A model generated the notes under the pieces. That model was not told where the DNA came from and made no database searches. It saw nothing but the letters and a program-made list of their open reading frames with translations. From positions 128,001 to 192,000 of the forward strand of contig CAXWPH010000012.1 in NCBI GenBank assembly GCA_963666055.2: a DNA stretch of 64,000 nt. The letters are read 5' to 3'. Positions 38,509 through 49,082 of the stretch are shown one piece after another. The translations under genes were made by a program, and so were the position numbers. The first letter of the stretch is position 1, and each line of letters starts with the position of its first letter. The DNA is from Acidobacteriota bacterium (lineage in GTDB: Bacteria; Acidobacteriota; UBA890; WLXD01).

Positions 38509-41248
38509 CGGGCGGATAGAGCACTGCTCCCTGGCGCACCAGATCAATCACCCGAGCACGCAACGCTCGCATGAAGAGCTCCTGCGACTCGCGGTCGGCG
38601 GCGCGCGGCAATCGCATCGCTTCTCCGAACACTACGGCGACAGCGTGCGCCCGGAAGCGCCCATCACGTGGCCACATCTCGTAGCTCCCCCAAAGTCCCA
38701 CCGGCACGACGGGTACCTCTAGATGCCGGGCCAGGATGCCGGCTCCACGACGAAACTGTTTCACCCTGCCGTCGCTAGAACGGCCGCCCTCCGGGAAGAT
38801 CCCCAACACCATGCCACGCCGGAGCCCCGCCGCCGCCGCCTGCATAGCTCGCTCTAGATGGCGACTCTGATCGATCGGAACGGTGCGCAGCAGCCTCGCG
38901 ACGCTACCCAGAACCAGGCCACGAAAATACGCGCTGTGGCCGACGAAGAAGATCCGTCGGTAGACGCGGCGCGGCAATGCCGCGACCAGCAGGAACGGAT
39001 CCACGAAGCTCAGGTGGTTCGGAGCCAGGATGAACGGAAAATCCTCAGGCAGGTGGTCGAGCCCGCGAACCTCGAAGCCCCACCATGACAGGCACCAGCG
39101 AGCCATCCGGAACATACGGAACAGCACCGCTTCCCAGAATGCTCGCGTGCGCAGGTAGGGCTCGACTTTCGGCGACGTGCCCGCCAGTACGCCTGCCCAG
39201 CGATCGCTGGCCGCACCGTCGACGGGGGCCGATCCGTCGATGTACGTACTGATCAAGTCGATCAGCTCACCCACCGTCTGCACCCCCGCCGCAGCTTGCT
39301 GCGGTAGATCCAAACCGAGCGCATCGGCAAGCTCGGCGTGAATCTCTATTCGGTCGAGCGACTCGAGACCGAGATCGAGATCGAGGTGTTGCGTGCGCGC
39401 CACCCTGTCTACCCGCGCATGGCGCGCCACGATGCCGCGCACCGAGCGAGCCCACGGAGGCTCATCCACCGCCACCTCGGGAACTGGCTCCTCACGCTGC
39501 GATCTGACGTCGCCGCGTGCCAGGATCTCTCGCTTCAGCTCAAAGCGCTTGAGCTTGCGCGTCGTGGTGCGCGGCAACGGATCGCTACGAACCTCCAGGC
39601 TCGTGACACGTTGCGGTGCCGGCAGCTGGAGGCCAGCTCCATCTATCTCCCAGATGACCATCTCGCGGATGTTCACGTGTCCGTGTCGCCGAGCGTGGTC
39701 GAGGTTCGGCACGACCACCGCGTGCAGGCGCTCGGCACCGCGGCGGGCAGGATCTTCCATGCCCAGAATACAGATCTCGTCGATAAACTCAGACTGGCCG
39801 TAGAAATCCTCCAGCTCCTCCGGGTAGATGTTCTTACCGGAGGCGAGCACTACCACGTCCTTGGCGCGTCCGGTGACCTGGAGATGACCGTTCGGCAGCA
39901 GGCGGCCTAGGTCTCCGGTCTTCAGCCAATCTCCATCGAAGGCCTCGGCGGTGGCCTCGGGATTGCGGTAGTAGCCGATCATCCTGCTAGGCGAGCGCGC
40001 CATGATCTCTCCCACCCCGGCTTCGTCAGGCGAACGGATTCGCAGCTCAACCCCGTTGATCGCTCTACCCACGGTGTCAGGCCGTAGCTCGTTCGGCGGG
40101 AGAACGGTCAATAGTGCCGTTGCCTCAGTAAGCCCGTAGCCTTGGAGAAGCGGAAAACCGAGGTCGAGAAAGTCCTGGAAGACCCGGGCATTGAACTTCG
40201 CACCTCCGGTCAACAAGATTCGCAGCCGCGACCCGAACGGCGCGTGCGCGGCAGGGAACAACCGACGCCCGATCGACACTCCCAAGGCTTTGCGGGCGAA
40301 ACGGCTCAGCCGGAGGAGCGCGTGCGCTAACCGGCGACGCAGTGGCGGCAGCGCTTGGATGCGACCCATGACCCGATCGTGAAAGCGGTAGAAGAACAGC
40401 GGTACGCAGGCGAAGGCGGTGATCCCGAAGCGCGGAAATGCGGCGATGATGCGGTCCGGATGCAGGTCGGTGAGAAACGTCGCCTGCGCGCCGATGAAGA
40501 CCGGAGCCAGACAGCTGGCCATCAAGGGCAGGGCGTGAAACAAGGGCAGCACCCCGAGTACATGATCGTCCTCGGTCAGGCCAATGCTCCGCAGGGCCGC
40601 TTCGATGTTGGTCGCCAGCGCGACTCGCGACAACGCGACGCCCTTGGGTAGCCCGGTGGTGCCGGACGTGTACATGATGGTCGCCGGCACGCCGGTCGCC
40701 TGTCGGGGAGCCCAATCGAAAGACCCGCGATGCTCGGCGACGAATTCGTCCCAGGCGGCCCCACAGTCTTCGCCGCCGGCAGCCGACATCCCATCCTCCT
40801 CGGCCTCACCGTCCCAGCGTCGATCGCCGCAGGCATCGACGTCGAGACACACTGGAGGCTCGTCGAGCCCGGCACAAGCTTCCACGAACTTGGGTCCCAA
40901 TCTGTGAGAAGTCAGCACGAGTCGCGTGCCTGAATGCTCGAGCACGCGCCGAATCGCCTGCGGCTCCAGTGCCGGATCGATCGGTACTACCGTCGCGTTG
41001 GCGTACCAGGTGGACAGATAGCCCACCGGCCATGCAGGCCGATTCTCCATGCAGAGGGCGATACGCTCGCCATCGTATAGCCGCGCCGCAACCAGCGCGG
41101 AACCGAGTCTTTGCACGTGCTCCGCGAGGGCCCCGTAGGTAAGCAGCACCGTGCCATGCTCGCCGGCGAGCCGGAACGCAGGCCGCGCCGAGTGGGCCGT
41201 AGCGTGCCTATGGAGCGACTCGATAAAATCACCGGACGCTTCACTCAT
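38498..41248 (-). CDS. Long-chain acyl-CoA/ACP ligase-ACP-PlsC acyltransferase fusion (Aas-like)
   Basis: YTSGTTG.PKG, QGYGLTE, TGDLG; carrier domain LGLESLD; acyltransferase NHLSFVD and FPEGGRS. Confidence 0.92.
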   Translation of the reverse strand: MSEASGDFIESLHRHATAHSARPAFRLAGEHGTVLLTYGALAEHVQRLGSALVAARLYDGERIALCMENRPAWPVGYLSTWYANATVVPIDPALEPQAIRRVLEHSGTRLVLTSHRLGPKFVEACAGLDEPPVCLDVDACGDRRWDGEAEEDGMSAAGGEDCGAAWDEFVAEHRGSFDWAPRQATGVPATIMYTSGTTGLPKGVALSRVALATNIEAALRSIGLTEDDHVLGVLPLFHALPLMASCLAPVFIGAQATFLTDLHPDRIIAAFPRFGITAFACVPLFFYRFHDRVMGRIQALPPLRRRLAHALLRLSRFARKALGVSIGRRLFPAAHAPFGSRLRILLTGGAKFNARVFQDFLDLGFPLLQGYGLTEATALLTVLPPNELRPDTVGRAINGVELRIRSPDEAGVGEIMARSPSRMIGYYRNPEATAEAFDGDWLKTGDLGRLLPNGHLQVTGRAKDVVVLASGKNIYPEELEDFYGQSEFIDEICILGMEDPARRGAERLHAVVVPNLDHARRHGHVNIREMVIWEIDGAGLQLPAPQRVTSLEVRSDPLPRTTTRKLKRFELKREILARGDVRSQREEPVPEVAVDEPPWARSVRGIVARHARVDRVARTQHLDLDLGLESLDRIEIHAELADALGLDLPQQAAAGVQTVGELIDLISTYIDGSAPVDGAASDRWAGVLAGTSPKVEPYLRTRAFWEAVLFRMFRMARWCLSWWGFEVRGLDHLPEDFPFILAPNHLSFVDPFLLVAALPRRVYRRIFFVGHSAYFRGLVLGSVARLLRTVPIDQSRHLERAMQAAAAGLRRGMVLGIFPEGGRSSDGRVKQFRRGAGILARHLEVPVVPVGLWGSYEMWPRDGRFRAHAVAVVFGEAMRLPRAADRESQELFMRALRARVIDLVRQGAVLYPPEKK

Positions 41249-41287
41249 CGTCGCGCAGTATAGACGGCACCCAGCGGACGCGAACCG

Positions 41288-41662
41288 ATGCCCAGAAAGA
41301 TCTCATTGGCGAGATTCGAGACCATTGTCGAGGAGGCTCTGGCGAGCCTGCCACCCGAGTGGGCCAACCGTCTGGACAACGTCGCGATCGTGATCGAGGA
41401 CGAGCCTAATGCGGAAGAGCTTGCCGGGGTCGGGATCCATCCAGACGACGATGACCAAGACTTGTTGGGTCTGTACGAGGGCACGCCTCAGAGCGTGCGC
41501 GAGAGCGGCGGCTGGGGCCTTCCCGACCGTATCGTGATCTTTCGTGGCCCGACGTTACGGGAGGCGCGTCACCGCGGCGAGATCGCAGAGATCGTGCGCC
41601 AGACGCTGCTGCACGAGATCGGTCACCACTTTGGCCTCGACGAGGGTGACCTGCCATTCTGA
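41288..41662 (+). CDS. Minimal zincin metallopeptidase (Zincin_1)
   Basis: LLGLYEG, LPDRI.IFR, HEIGHHFG. Confidence 0.9.
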   Translation: MPRKISLARFETIVEEALASLPPEWANRLDNVAIVIEDEPNAEELAGVGIHPDDDDQDLLGLYEGTPQSVRESGGWGLPDRIVIFRGPTLREARHRGEIAEIVRQTLLHEIGHHFGLDEGDLPF

Positions 41663-41707
41663 ATCCGCCGCCCCCCTCGAGTGCCAACAAACGTTGCGCA
41701 CGGGACG

Positions 41708-43471
41708 CTAACGGGGCGGCGACTGATCGGCGGGCGGGTCAGGGAGCGCCAACGGCACCTGCCGGACAGGTGCCGAGCGCGAGCGCATCATCGGCCCGCC
41801 GGTACCGGCATCTTCGATCTGGATACCGAATTGCTGCAGCAATGTTCCCTTGTTGAGCTCCAGGTTGGCCAGCGACAGATTGAGGCCGATCAGCGACACC
41901 AATTGCCGCGTCCGTGCCAGCGTCAGCTGGCGCTGGAAGTTGAGCACCTGGAAGGTGGAGGTAATTCCCGCTTCGAAGCGCCGTAGCTCTGCAGCGTATT
42001 GGCGCTCCGCCAAGGCCAACGCGTTCTGCGCCGCATTCACCTGCTGAACGCCCCCGGTCACGTTCCTGGCCGCCTGCTGGACGGCCAGGCGGATCTGAAC
42101 CTGCCGGTCCTGGAGCTGCGTCACCGCCTGCGTCTCACGAATAGACGCTTGAGCATGCTGAGCGCGCGCTGCGTCGTTGCGCACCGGAAACGACACCTGC
42201 AGCCCGACCGACCAGTTGCGAAAGTCACCTGACAGCAACTGCCTCAGCGAGTTGGACAGTCCGCCCTCCTGAACTTCAACCACGCTGCCGCTCCCGAAAA
42301 TGCCGCCGGAGCGAAAGATCTGATCGCCACCCAACCCGCTGAGAGTGCCGCTGGCGATGAGGTCAAGCTGTGGTAATATACCGTTGCGCGCCGCCCTGAG
42401 GTCGATTTTTCTGCTCTCGACGTTCACCCGGTCGAGCCGGATGAGCGGGCTCTTCTGCAGCGCCTCCGCGACTGCTAGTTCCATGTCGATCTCGGGTGCG
42501 TTCCTAGCCGGCTCGTCGGTGGGAACGATCTCTACACTCCACCCCTCGGCCACCACCGAGTCGAGGTTGAGCAGAGACTTCACCTGATCCTGTTGGTTCT
42601 GCAGCGCGATCTGCGATTGGATCAACGTGAGCTCGGCGTCTGCCGCTTGTTGCTCCGTCTGAATCACGTCGACCCCGGCCAGCGTACCGATGCGCACCAT
42701 CGTGTTGTTGCGGTCGAGTTGCTCCAGCGCCAGCGCGAGGCTCTGCTCGGCGATGTCGACGAAACGGTACGCCGACACCAGATTCCAGTAGGCGACGATC
42801 ACCTGCGCGATCTGTTGCTGTAGCTGCTGGCCGAATTGGTGGCGACTTACCGAAAAGTCGTTCTGTGCCACGAGTAGCTGTTGTCGGTTCGCTGTGCGGC
42901 CGAAGTTACGCAGCAGCGGCTGCCGCACGGACAGCGTCATGCTCGTGGTGTATTGCGGGTTGAAGGTCGAAAATTCGTTGTTGGTGACCAGCCGCGATGC
43001 GCTACCCGAGACCGACCACCCGAAACCGAACGAGGTGTTCGACGACACGCTGAACCCAGCTACGATCGATTCTTGCGTGAGCACATCGGCCCCGCCAAGA
43101 ACGGAGGCTGTCGGCTGGGTCGATCGGTTGAACTGCTGGGGCAGATTGAACACGAACACGGGGTCAAACCTCGACCGCGCGAAACGTATCTGCTCTTCGG
43201 TCAGGTCCGGGTTGAGTGACGAGATGCGCACCTGGAGATTGTGGCGCAGTGCCAGCTCAACCACCTGGCGCAGCGACAGCTCCAGGACTTGTGCCTCCTC
43301 CTGTTCCAGCATCAGCGCAAGCGATTCGTTCGACACCGGATGGAGTGGGATGTCGGCCGACAGCACGGCCGTCGGAGTCACCGATTGGGGGGCGGCGGCG
43401 GCAATTGCGGGCACCAGAAGAAACAGGGAGCCCAGGATCGTCGCGAAGTGGCGATTCGAGTTCATGGACAT
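41708..43471 (-). CDS. TolC-family outer-membrane efflux protein
   Basis: Signal peptide, L.L...V..AL..N, QPLLRNFG, V..AYW.L, LP.L.L, two OEP repeats. Confidence 0.88.
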   Translation of the reverse strand: MSMNSNRHFATILGSLFLLVPAIAAAAPQSVTPTAVLSADIPLHPVSNESLALMLEQEEAQVLELSLRQVVELALRHNLQVRISSLNPDLTEEQIRFARSRFDPVFVFNLPQQFNRSTQPTASVLGGADVLTQESIVAGFSVSSNTSFGFGWSVSGSASRLVTNNEFSTFNPQYTTSMTLSVRQPLLRNFGRTANRQQLLVAQNDFSVSRHQFGQQLQQQIAQVIVAYWNLVSAYRFVDIAEQSLALALEQLDRNNTMVRIGTLAGVDVIQTEQQAADAELTLIQSQIALQNQQDQVKSLLNLDSVVAEGWSVEIVPTDEPARNAPEIDMELAVAEALQKSPLIRLDRVNVESRKIDLRAARNGILPQLDLIASGTLSGLGGDQIFRSGGIFGSGSVVEVQEGGLSNSLRQLLSGDFRNWSVGLQVSFPVRNDAARAQHAQASIRETQAVTQLQDRQVQIRLAVQQAARNVTGGVQQVNAAQNALALAERQYAAELRRFEAGITSTFQVLNFQRQLTLARTRQLVSLIGLNLSLANLELNKGTLLQQFGIQIEDAGTGGPMMRSRSAPVRQVPLALPDPPADQSPPR

Positions 43472-43669
43472 TATCGGCTCCAGCGAGGGGTCGTTCAGTT
43501 CGTCAGGTGGTGGATGTAACCGTGCGGAACTAGAGCAGCAAGCCCTGTGCCAGCTTGTCGGTGTCAAACTCCCCTGGCGGCCCGTGGTTGTGCGGCGGTT
43601 GGCATGGGCCGTCGATCAAGTGTCCGCTTATGGGACGGCGCGTGCCAAAAGAGCGCACGTCACTCGGCG

Positions 43670-44605
43670 TCAATCGGCGCTGCAGTCCTCCAGCTTCGCA
43701 TCGACACCGACTCGCAGGCCACTCTCCAGCGTGGCCACTCCCCGGGCCATTCGTGGTGTATTGAAGACCGCTGCAGCCGACCCAGTATGATCCACGACGA
43801 TGAGCCCGCCCCGACCATCGACGCGTTCCAGGTCGGCAAGGGCAGCGCGGCCAGCGGCCGCCGCATCGTATCCCCATGCCAGGGAGCTAACCGCCGCCTT
43901 CGCCATCACGACGCGCAGAATCCCCTCTCCCCATCCGGTGGAAGAGGCGCCACCATGGCGTGAGTCAGCGTACGTTCCGGCGCCAATGAGCGCCGAATCC
44001 CCTACCCTCCCCGGGTACTTGTCGAGCGTGCCGCCGGTCGAAGTGGCGGCGGCGATCAGGCCATCACGATCTCGGGAGACCGCGCCCACGGTGCCCATAT
44101 GATCATCGGGGCCAGGCGCGAACTCCTCGTCAACCAGCGCAGTCTCACCGGCGCGTACTCGCAAATACTGCTCCCGTGCTCGTCCTACGAGCAGATCGCG
44201 CGCACCACACAGCGGCACACCGTGTTCCTCGGCAAAGCGGCGAGCACCGGATCCTACGAGCAACACATGCGGCGAGCTGTCCATCACGCGACGCGCCAGC
44301 GTGACCGGGTTGCGCACCCCCTGCACCGCCGCGACCGCTCCGGCGTCAAGGCCATCGCCCTCCATGATTGACGCGTCGAGCTCAACACGGCCCAACCGAT
44401 TGAGATGCGATCCCTTGCCCGCATTGAACGCCGGATCGTTTTCGAGCAGGCGAACCGCATGCTCGACGACATCCACCGATCCGGCTCCCGCGCGCAGCAT
44501 CCTCCAAGCGTCGCGCAACGCCTCGGCGACGCCGACCAGGTGCTGATGGACAGCGCCGTCAGGAACGTTCCAGGCACCGCCGTGCACCGCGAGCGCAATG
44601 GTCAC
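43670..44605 (-). CDS. iaaA: Isoaspartyl peptidase/L-asparaginase (Ntn hydrolase)
   Basis: AVHGGA, FNAG.G, ELDASIM, GTVGAV, TSTGG, GRVGDS, TG.GE. Confidence 0.92.
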   Translation of the reverse strand: MTIALAVHGGAWNVPDGAVHQHLVGVAEALRDAWRMLRAGAGSVDVVEHAVRLLENDPAFNAGKGSHLNRLGRVELDASIMEGDGLDAGAVAAVQGVRNPVTLARRVMDSSPHVLLVGSGARRFAEEHGVPLCGARDLLVGRAREQYLRVRAGETALVDEEFAPGPDDHMGTVGAVSRDRDGLIAAATSTGGTLDKYPGRVGDSALIGAGTYADSRHGGASSTGWGEGILRVVMAKAAVSSLAWGYDAAAAGRAALADLERVDGRGGLIVVDHTGSAAAVFNTPRMARGVATLESGLRVGVDAKLEDCSAD

Positions 44606-44813
44606 ACTAGTGGCCGGTGATACGTAACGAATATCTGGATACAGGCACTAGAGTCCGGGGTCGCAGGTAAGCTGCTTGCAACGGTCGCCCTTCGTGGCAC
44701 TGCTTGCGGTGGCCGGGCGGCTGTTCGCAAACTGTGGCAGCGGTCGGTCCCGCTGGCAAGCGCACCCCTGCAGCCGCCCTGTCGCTTCCATTCAACGACG
44801 GAGATCTGAGCCG

Positions 44814-45289
44814 ATGGAGATCGCAGAGCGTCTCGACGACATCGAGCACCGCCTACGGCAACGGAGCGCAGGGAGCGGCGGTGGCGACTCGCCTCCGCAG
44901 GACTGATCATCGGGGTCGGCGTGATCGTCGTCAGCGGACAGGCTCAGCGCGGTGGAATCATCGAGGCGAAGACCTTCGTCGTCCGCGACGCCAACGGGCT
45001 CGGCCGCGCGCAACTGGGCATGACCGAGAATGAACCCGCCCTCACCCTCTACGATGACAGCGGGCGCCTTCGGGTTGCCGTTGCCGTCGAGTCCGACGGG
45101 CCGATTCTCAGCTTCTTCAGCAGCTCCGGCAACCCACGCGCCGTGATCGGAGAGCGCGGCAAAACAGCGTTCGTGATTCTCCGTGACGCGGAAGGCGCAC
45201 CACGCGTGGCGATGGCGATTCAGGGCGACGGATCGCCGAGTTTGTACCTGCTCGATGAAAAGATGACGCCGCTGTGGAAACAGCCATGA
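44814..45289 (+). pseudogene. Membrane-anchored beta-repeat protein with a 1-bp frameshift
   Basis: RBS then MEIAERLDDIEHRLRQ; adding one base near 44863 restores ...ERRERRWRLASAGLIIGVGVIVV in frame with ORF 44921-45289. Confidence 0.7.
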
Positions 45290-45349
45290 CGCCAGCCCGC
45301 AGCCGCACTCACGTTGCGGTTCCCGGCAACCACCGACTGTCCCGCGACA

Positions 45350-47020
45350 TCAGAACAGGCCTTCGACGCCCCCCTCAGGTGTGACGCGCATGCGGTTCGC
45401 GGCCGGCACCCTCGGGAGCCCTGGCATGGTCATCACGTTGCCGAGATGGGCAACGACAAAACCGGCTCCGGCCGACGGCGTAACGTCTTGCACGCTTACG
45501 GTAAAGCCCGTCGGTCGACCGAGCCGGCTCGCGTCATCGGTCAACGAGGCCGGCGTCTTGGCCATGCACACCGGCGTGTGTCCGAGGCCGTTGGCCTCTA
45601 GAAAGTCGATCGACTTGCGCGCCTTCGAGCTCAGCTCGACGCGCGCTGCGCCGTAGACGCTCGTAGCGATCGTCTCGATCTTGTCGGCAATCGAAAGGTC
45701 CGTCTCGTAAGCGTGTTTGAAGTCAGCCTCCCCGCTATCGAGCGCTGCCACGACCTTGTGGGCAAACGACTCGCCACCCTCACCACCGCGGGAATGGATC
45801 TCCAACGTATCGGCACAGACGCCGGTCGCGGCGCAATGCTCCAGAACGGCGTCGACCTCCGCGTCGGTATCGGTCGCGAAGCGATTGATCGCAACGAGGG
45901 GCGGCAGACCGTGTTGGCGCACGTTGGCAACGTGTGCGTCCAAGTTCGCGGTCCCCGCCACGACGGCGGCGATATTCTCGGTGGTCAGCGCTTTCGCCGC
46001 CGCACCTCCATGCAGCTTCAGCGCCCTAATTGTGGTTACCAGGACAGCTGCCTGCGGACTGATGCCACCCAGACGACACTTGATGTTGCAGAATTTCTCG
46101 AAGCCGAGGTCCGATCCGAACCCCGCCTCGGTGATCACCACGTCGGCCAGCGACATGGCCGCGCGCGTTGCAACCAGCGTGTTGCAACCGTGGGCGATGT
46201 TGGCAAACGGGCCGCCGTGCACGAAAGCCGGGCCACCCTCGATAGTCTGCACCAGGTTCGGTCTGATGGCATCCCGGAGCAGCATGGTCATGGCGCCGGT
46301 AACCTCGAAGTCGCGCGCCAAGACCGGGCGGCCCTCGCGGTCCGCACCGATGATGATTCGAGCGAGACGCACCTCGAGATCGTCTATACCCGTCGCCAGG
46401 CAGAACGTCGCCATCACCTCACTGGCGGCGGTGATCACGAATCCGTCCTCACGAGGCACGCCGCTCATCGGACCGCCGAGTCCGATGACGATTCGGCGCA
46501 AGGCACGATCGTTCATGTCGATGCATCGCCGCCACGTGATACGCCGCGGATCGATTCCGAGCTTGTTTCCCTGGTGTATGTGGTTGTCTATCGCCGCCGC
46601 CAGCAGGCTGTTGGCCGATGTAATGGCATGCAAGTCGCCGGTAAAATGGAGGTTGATGTCCTCCATCGGTAGAACCTGCGAGTAGCCGCCACCCGCGGCA
46701 CCACCCTTGATCCCGAACACTGGCCCCAGGCTCGGTTCACGGATAGCCGTCGCGACCTTCTGCCCAATGCGCCGTAGCGCCTGAGACAGTCCAACGCTGA
46801 CCGTCGTCTTGCCCTCGCCCGCGGCGGTCGGTGTTGTCGCGGTAACGATCACCAACTTCGACCTAGGCTCAAGGCGCTCGAGGGTGGCCCGACGTAGCTT
46901 GGCCTTGTCAGATCCGTACAGATCGAGGTCATCGGGCTCTAGCCCGAGCTCGGCTGCCACATCGGTGATAGGGCGCAGGGCGGCCGAGCTAGCGATCTCG
47001 AAGTCGGCAGGGAAGCTCAT
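45350..47020 (-). CDS. fhs: Formate--tetrahydrofolate ligase
   Basis: TPTAAGEGKTT, GIKGGAAGGGY, HGGPFANIAHG, TEAGFG.DLG.EKF, CMAKT, TMPGLP. Confidence 0.97.
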   Translation of the reverse strand: MSFPADFEIASSAALRPITDVAAELGLEPDDLDLYGSDKAKLRRATLERLEPRSKLVIVTATTPTAAGEGKTTVSVGLSQALRRIGQKVATAIREPSLGPVFGIKGGAAGGGYSQVLPMEDINLHFTGDLHAITSANSLLAAAIDNHIHQGNKLGIDPRRITWRRCIDMNDRALRRIVIGLGGPMSGVPREDGFVITAASEVMATFCLATGIDDLEVRLARIIIGADREGRPVLARDFEVTGAMTMLLRDAIRPNLVQTIEGGPAFVHGGPFANIAHGCNTLVATRAAMSLADVVITEAGFGSDLGFEKFCNIKCRLGGISPQAAVLVTTIRALKLHGGAAAKALTTENIAAVVAGTANLDAHVANVRQHGLPPLVAINRFATDTDAEVDAVLEHCAATGVCADTLEIHSRGGEGGESFAHKVVAALDSGEADFKHAYETDLSIADKIETIATSVYGAARVELSSKARKSIDFLEANGLGHTPVCMAKTPASLTDDASRLGRPTGFTVSVQDVTPSAGAGFVVAHLGNVMTMPGLPRVPAANRMRVTPEGGVEGLF

Positions 47021-47149
47021 AGGTAGGTCCTGTCAGGTTCACGTTTCGTTGTCGGCGGCTGGGGAGCCGACCTATTTTAGGGAAGCTCATGGCGCGGCGT
47101 ACTCCATCGGTATTGCCTGCCGCACCAGAGCACACCAGGCGCCCCGGCC

Positions 47150-47345
47150 GCGGGCTTTCGTCGCTACGTCCACATCGAGTCGATGAGCGCCGAACAGTAC
47201 ATCCGTCGTGTCTCGGCCGGCGAGTTATTCGATCCAACGCTGACATTCCAGATCGCCCATGGCTTCCAGCCGCGGGTGGCCATCCCCGACTACATGGGTG
47301 ACGACGCGGTCGGCAACAGGGCAGTGCCGGAGCCGGATGAGTTTG
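47150..47345 (+). pseudogene. C-terminal fragment of a YkwB-like GNAT acetyltransferase
   Basis: GFRRY....MSAEQYIRRV.AGELFDPTLTFQIAHGF......DY matches the family's C-terminal motif; N-terminal part absent. Confidence 0.6.
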
Positions 47346-47347
47346 GC

Positions 47348-49054
47348 TCAAGCTCCCGCGAGCAGCCGACTGCTGATCTCCGCGCGGCGGGTCTTGCCGC
47401 TCGAGGTGGCGGGGAGCGCGCTCACGAACTCGAGCCTCCGAGGGCGTGCATGTGCCGCCAGCCGAGTGGCGACGAAGTCTTGCAGCTCGGCGGCGAGCGC
47501 ATCGCTGGGCTCGAAACCAGGATTGAGTCGCACACACGCGGCCACGATCTCACCTCGGTCGAGATCCGGTAGGCCCACGACGCCCGCCTCCATGACAGCG
47601 TCGTGAGCCAGTAGCGCTCCCTCCACCTCTTCTGGTCCGATGCGATAGCCGCTCGCCGTGATCATGTCGTCGAGACGACCCGCAAAGTACAGGAAGCCAT
47701 CGGCGTCGACGCGGCCCGCATCGCCAGTACGAATCCAGCCGTCGCCAAACTTCGCTGCGCTTTGTTCGGGCCGATTCCAGTACTCGAGCATGACGACAGG
47801 GTCGTCACGGTGCACGGCGATCTCGCCCGAGGTGCCCGGTTCCACCTCCTGGCCATGCTCGTCCACGATTCGGGCTCGACGTCCCGCAACGACCTTGCCA
47901 ATGGCACCTTTCGGCGTTTCGAAGAGGGCACTGCACCCGGTGGCGATGTGGTTGACTTCGGTCTGACCGTAGATGTCGTTGACGGTGGTGCCGAGGGCCC
48001 GATGGGTCCACTCGAGAACCTCTGGCGGAGAAACCTCGCCGCCGGTCATCACGGCTCGGAGCGCGAACTGCACGTCAGGCGCGGGGGGCTCCGCCCGCAT
48101 GCGGCGCAGGGCTGCAGGCGCAAGAAACGGACAGGTGACGGTGTGCGCCGACAGGATCCGATACGCACCCCGGATGGAGAAGCGCTCGGCGCTCGCAACG
48201 ACAGGGCAGCCGAAATACAGCGCCGGAAGCACCAACTCGGCCAGCGATGCCACCCACGACCATACCGACGGAGTCCAGAAGACGTCTGCCTGGCGGGGCG
48301 CAAGGTCGAACACCATCTGGAAGCCTGGCAGATGGCCGATGAGCACGCGGTGGGCGTGCAGCACGCCCGCCGCGGGTCCGGTTGTGCCCGAGGTGTAGAA
48401 GAGGATCGCTGGGTCGTCGGCCCGACTATCCGCACACCGAGCCCCGATGGGATCGTCAAGTGCCGTTTTGAGCTCGTCGAGCGGAAAGACACCGGGTATC
48501 GTGGCGATCGGGGTTGGATCGACGGCGGGCGGGATACCCACAGCGCTGGTGGCAACGACGACATGGTCGAGCGCCGGCAGCCGTTGCCGTCGGCTGGTCG
48601 CCCCTGACGGGTGGAGCTTCGCTACGCCGACCAGGTCGGTAACCAGCAGGCGCGCCCCACAGTCGTTGAGTCGATAGGCCAGTCCCTCGGTGCCATAGAG
48701 CGATGCGATCGGTACCGAGATGGCGCCGATCTTGAAGCACGCCAGGTGCACCGCCAAGGCGTCGGCGCCCTGCTCCAGGGTGATCGCGACCCGGTCGCCG
48801 GTTCCGACGCCGCGACCCCGCAACCCTGCCGCCACGCGGTTCGACCGAGCCTCGAGCTCTCCGAAGCTGACGATCCGGTGCCCGTTCACGGGATCGTCTT
48901 CGATCACCGCCGGCGAATCCGGGATCGACCGAGCGTGGCGTGTGCATACCGCCTCGGCGATGTTGAAGCGCTCCGGGATACACCAGCCGAACTCGTCTTC
49001 GAGCGTTTCGTACGACGGAGTATCCGTGCGTATGACCATGGGGGACTCGGCCAT
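47348..49054 (-). CDS. Acyl-CoA synthetase (AMP-binding)
   Basis: W.IPERFNIA, YTSGTTG, YGQTE, TGD, GRLDDMI...GYRIGP.EVE, P.T.SGK. Confidence 0.92.
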   Translation of the reverse strand: MAESPMVIRTDTPSYETLEDEFGWCIPERFNIAEAVCTRHARSIPDSPAVIEDDPVNGHRIVSFGELEARSNRVAAGLRGRGVGTGDRVAITLEQGADALAVHLACFKIGAISVPIASLYGTEGLAYRLNDCGARLLVTDLVGVAKLHPSGATSRRQRLPALDHVVVATSAVGIPPAVDPTPIATIPGVFPLDELKTALDDPIGARCADSRADDPAILFYTSGTTGPAAGVLHAHRVLIGHLPGFQMVFDLAPRQADVFWTPSVWSWVASLAELVLPALYFGCPVVASAERFSIRGAYRILSAHTVTCPFLAPAALRRMRAEPPAPDVQFALRAVMTGGEVSPPEVLEWTHRALGTTVNDIYGQTEVNHIATGCSALFETPKGAIGKVVAGRRARIVDEHGQEVEPGTSGEIAVHRDDPVVMLEYWNRPEQSAAKFGDGWIRTGDAGRVDADGFLYFAGRLDDMITASGYRIGPEEVEGALLAHDAVMEAGVVGLPDLDRGEIVAACVRLNPGFEPSDALAAELQDFVATRLAAHARPRRLEFVSALPATSSGKTRRAEISSRLLAGA

Positions 49055-49082
49055 CGGCTCTCCGGGGTGGTGTCGCGTCAAT

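Noticed and set aside
43351-43362. TGTCGGCCGACA as a second copy of the candidate parS
   Set aside because: Lacks the 4-bp centre, lies inside a CDS, and is plausible by chance at this GC content.
47021-47200. ZTP or THF riboswitch upstream of fhs
   Set aside because: No recognisable conserved motifs on the minus strand.
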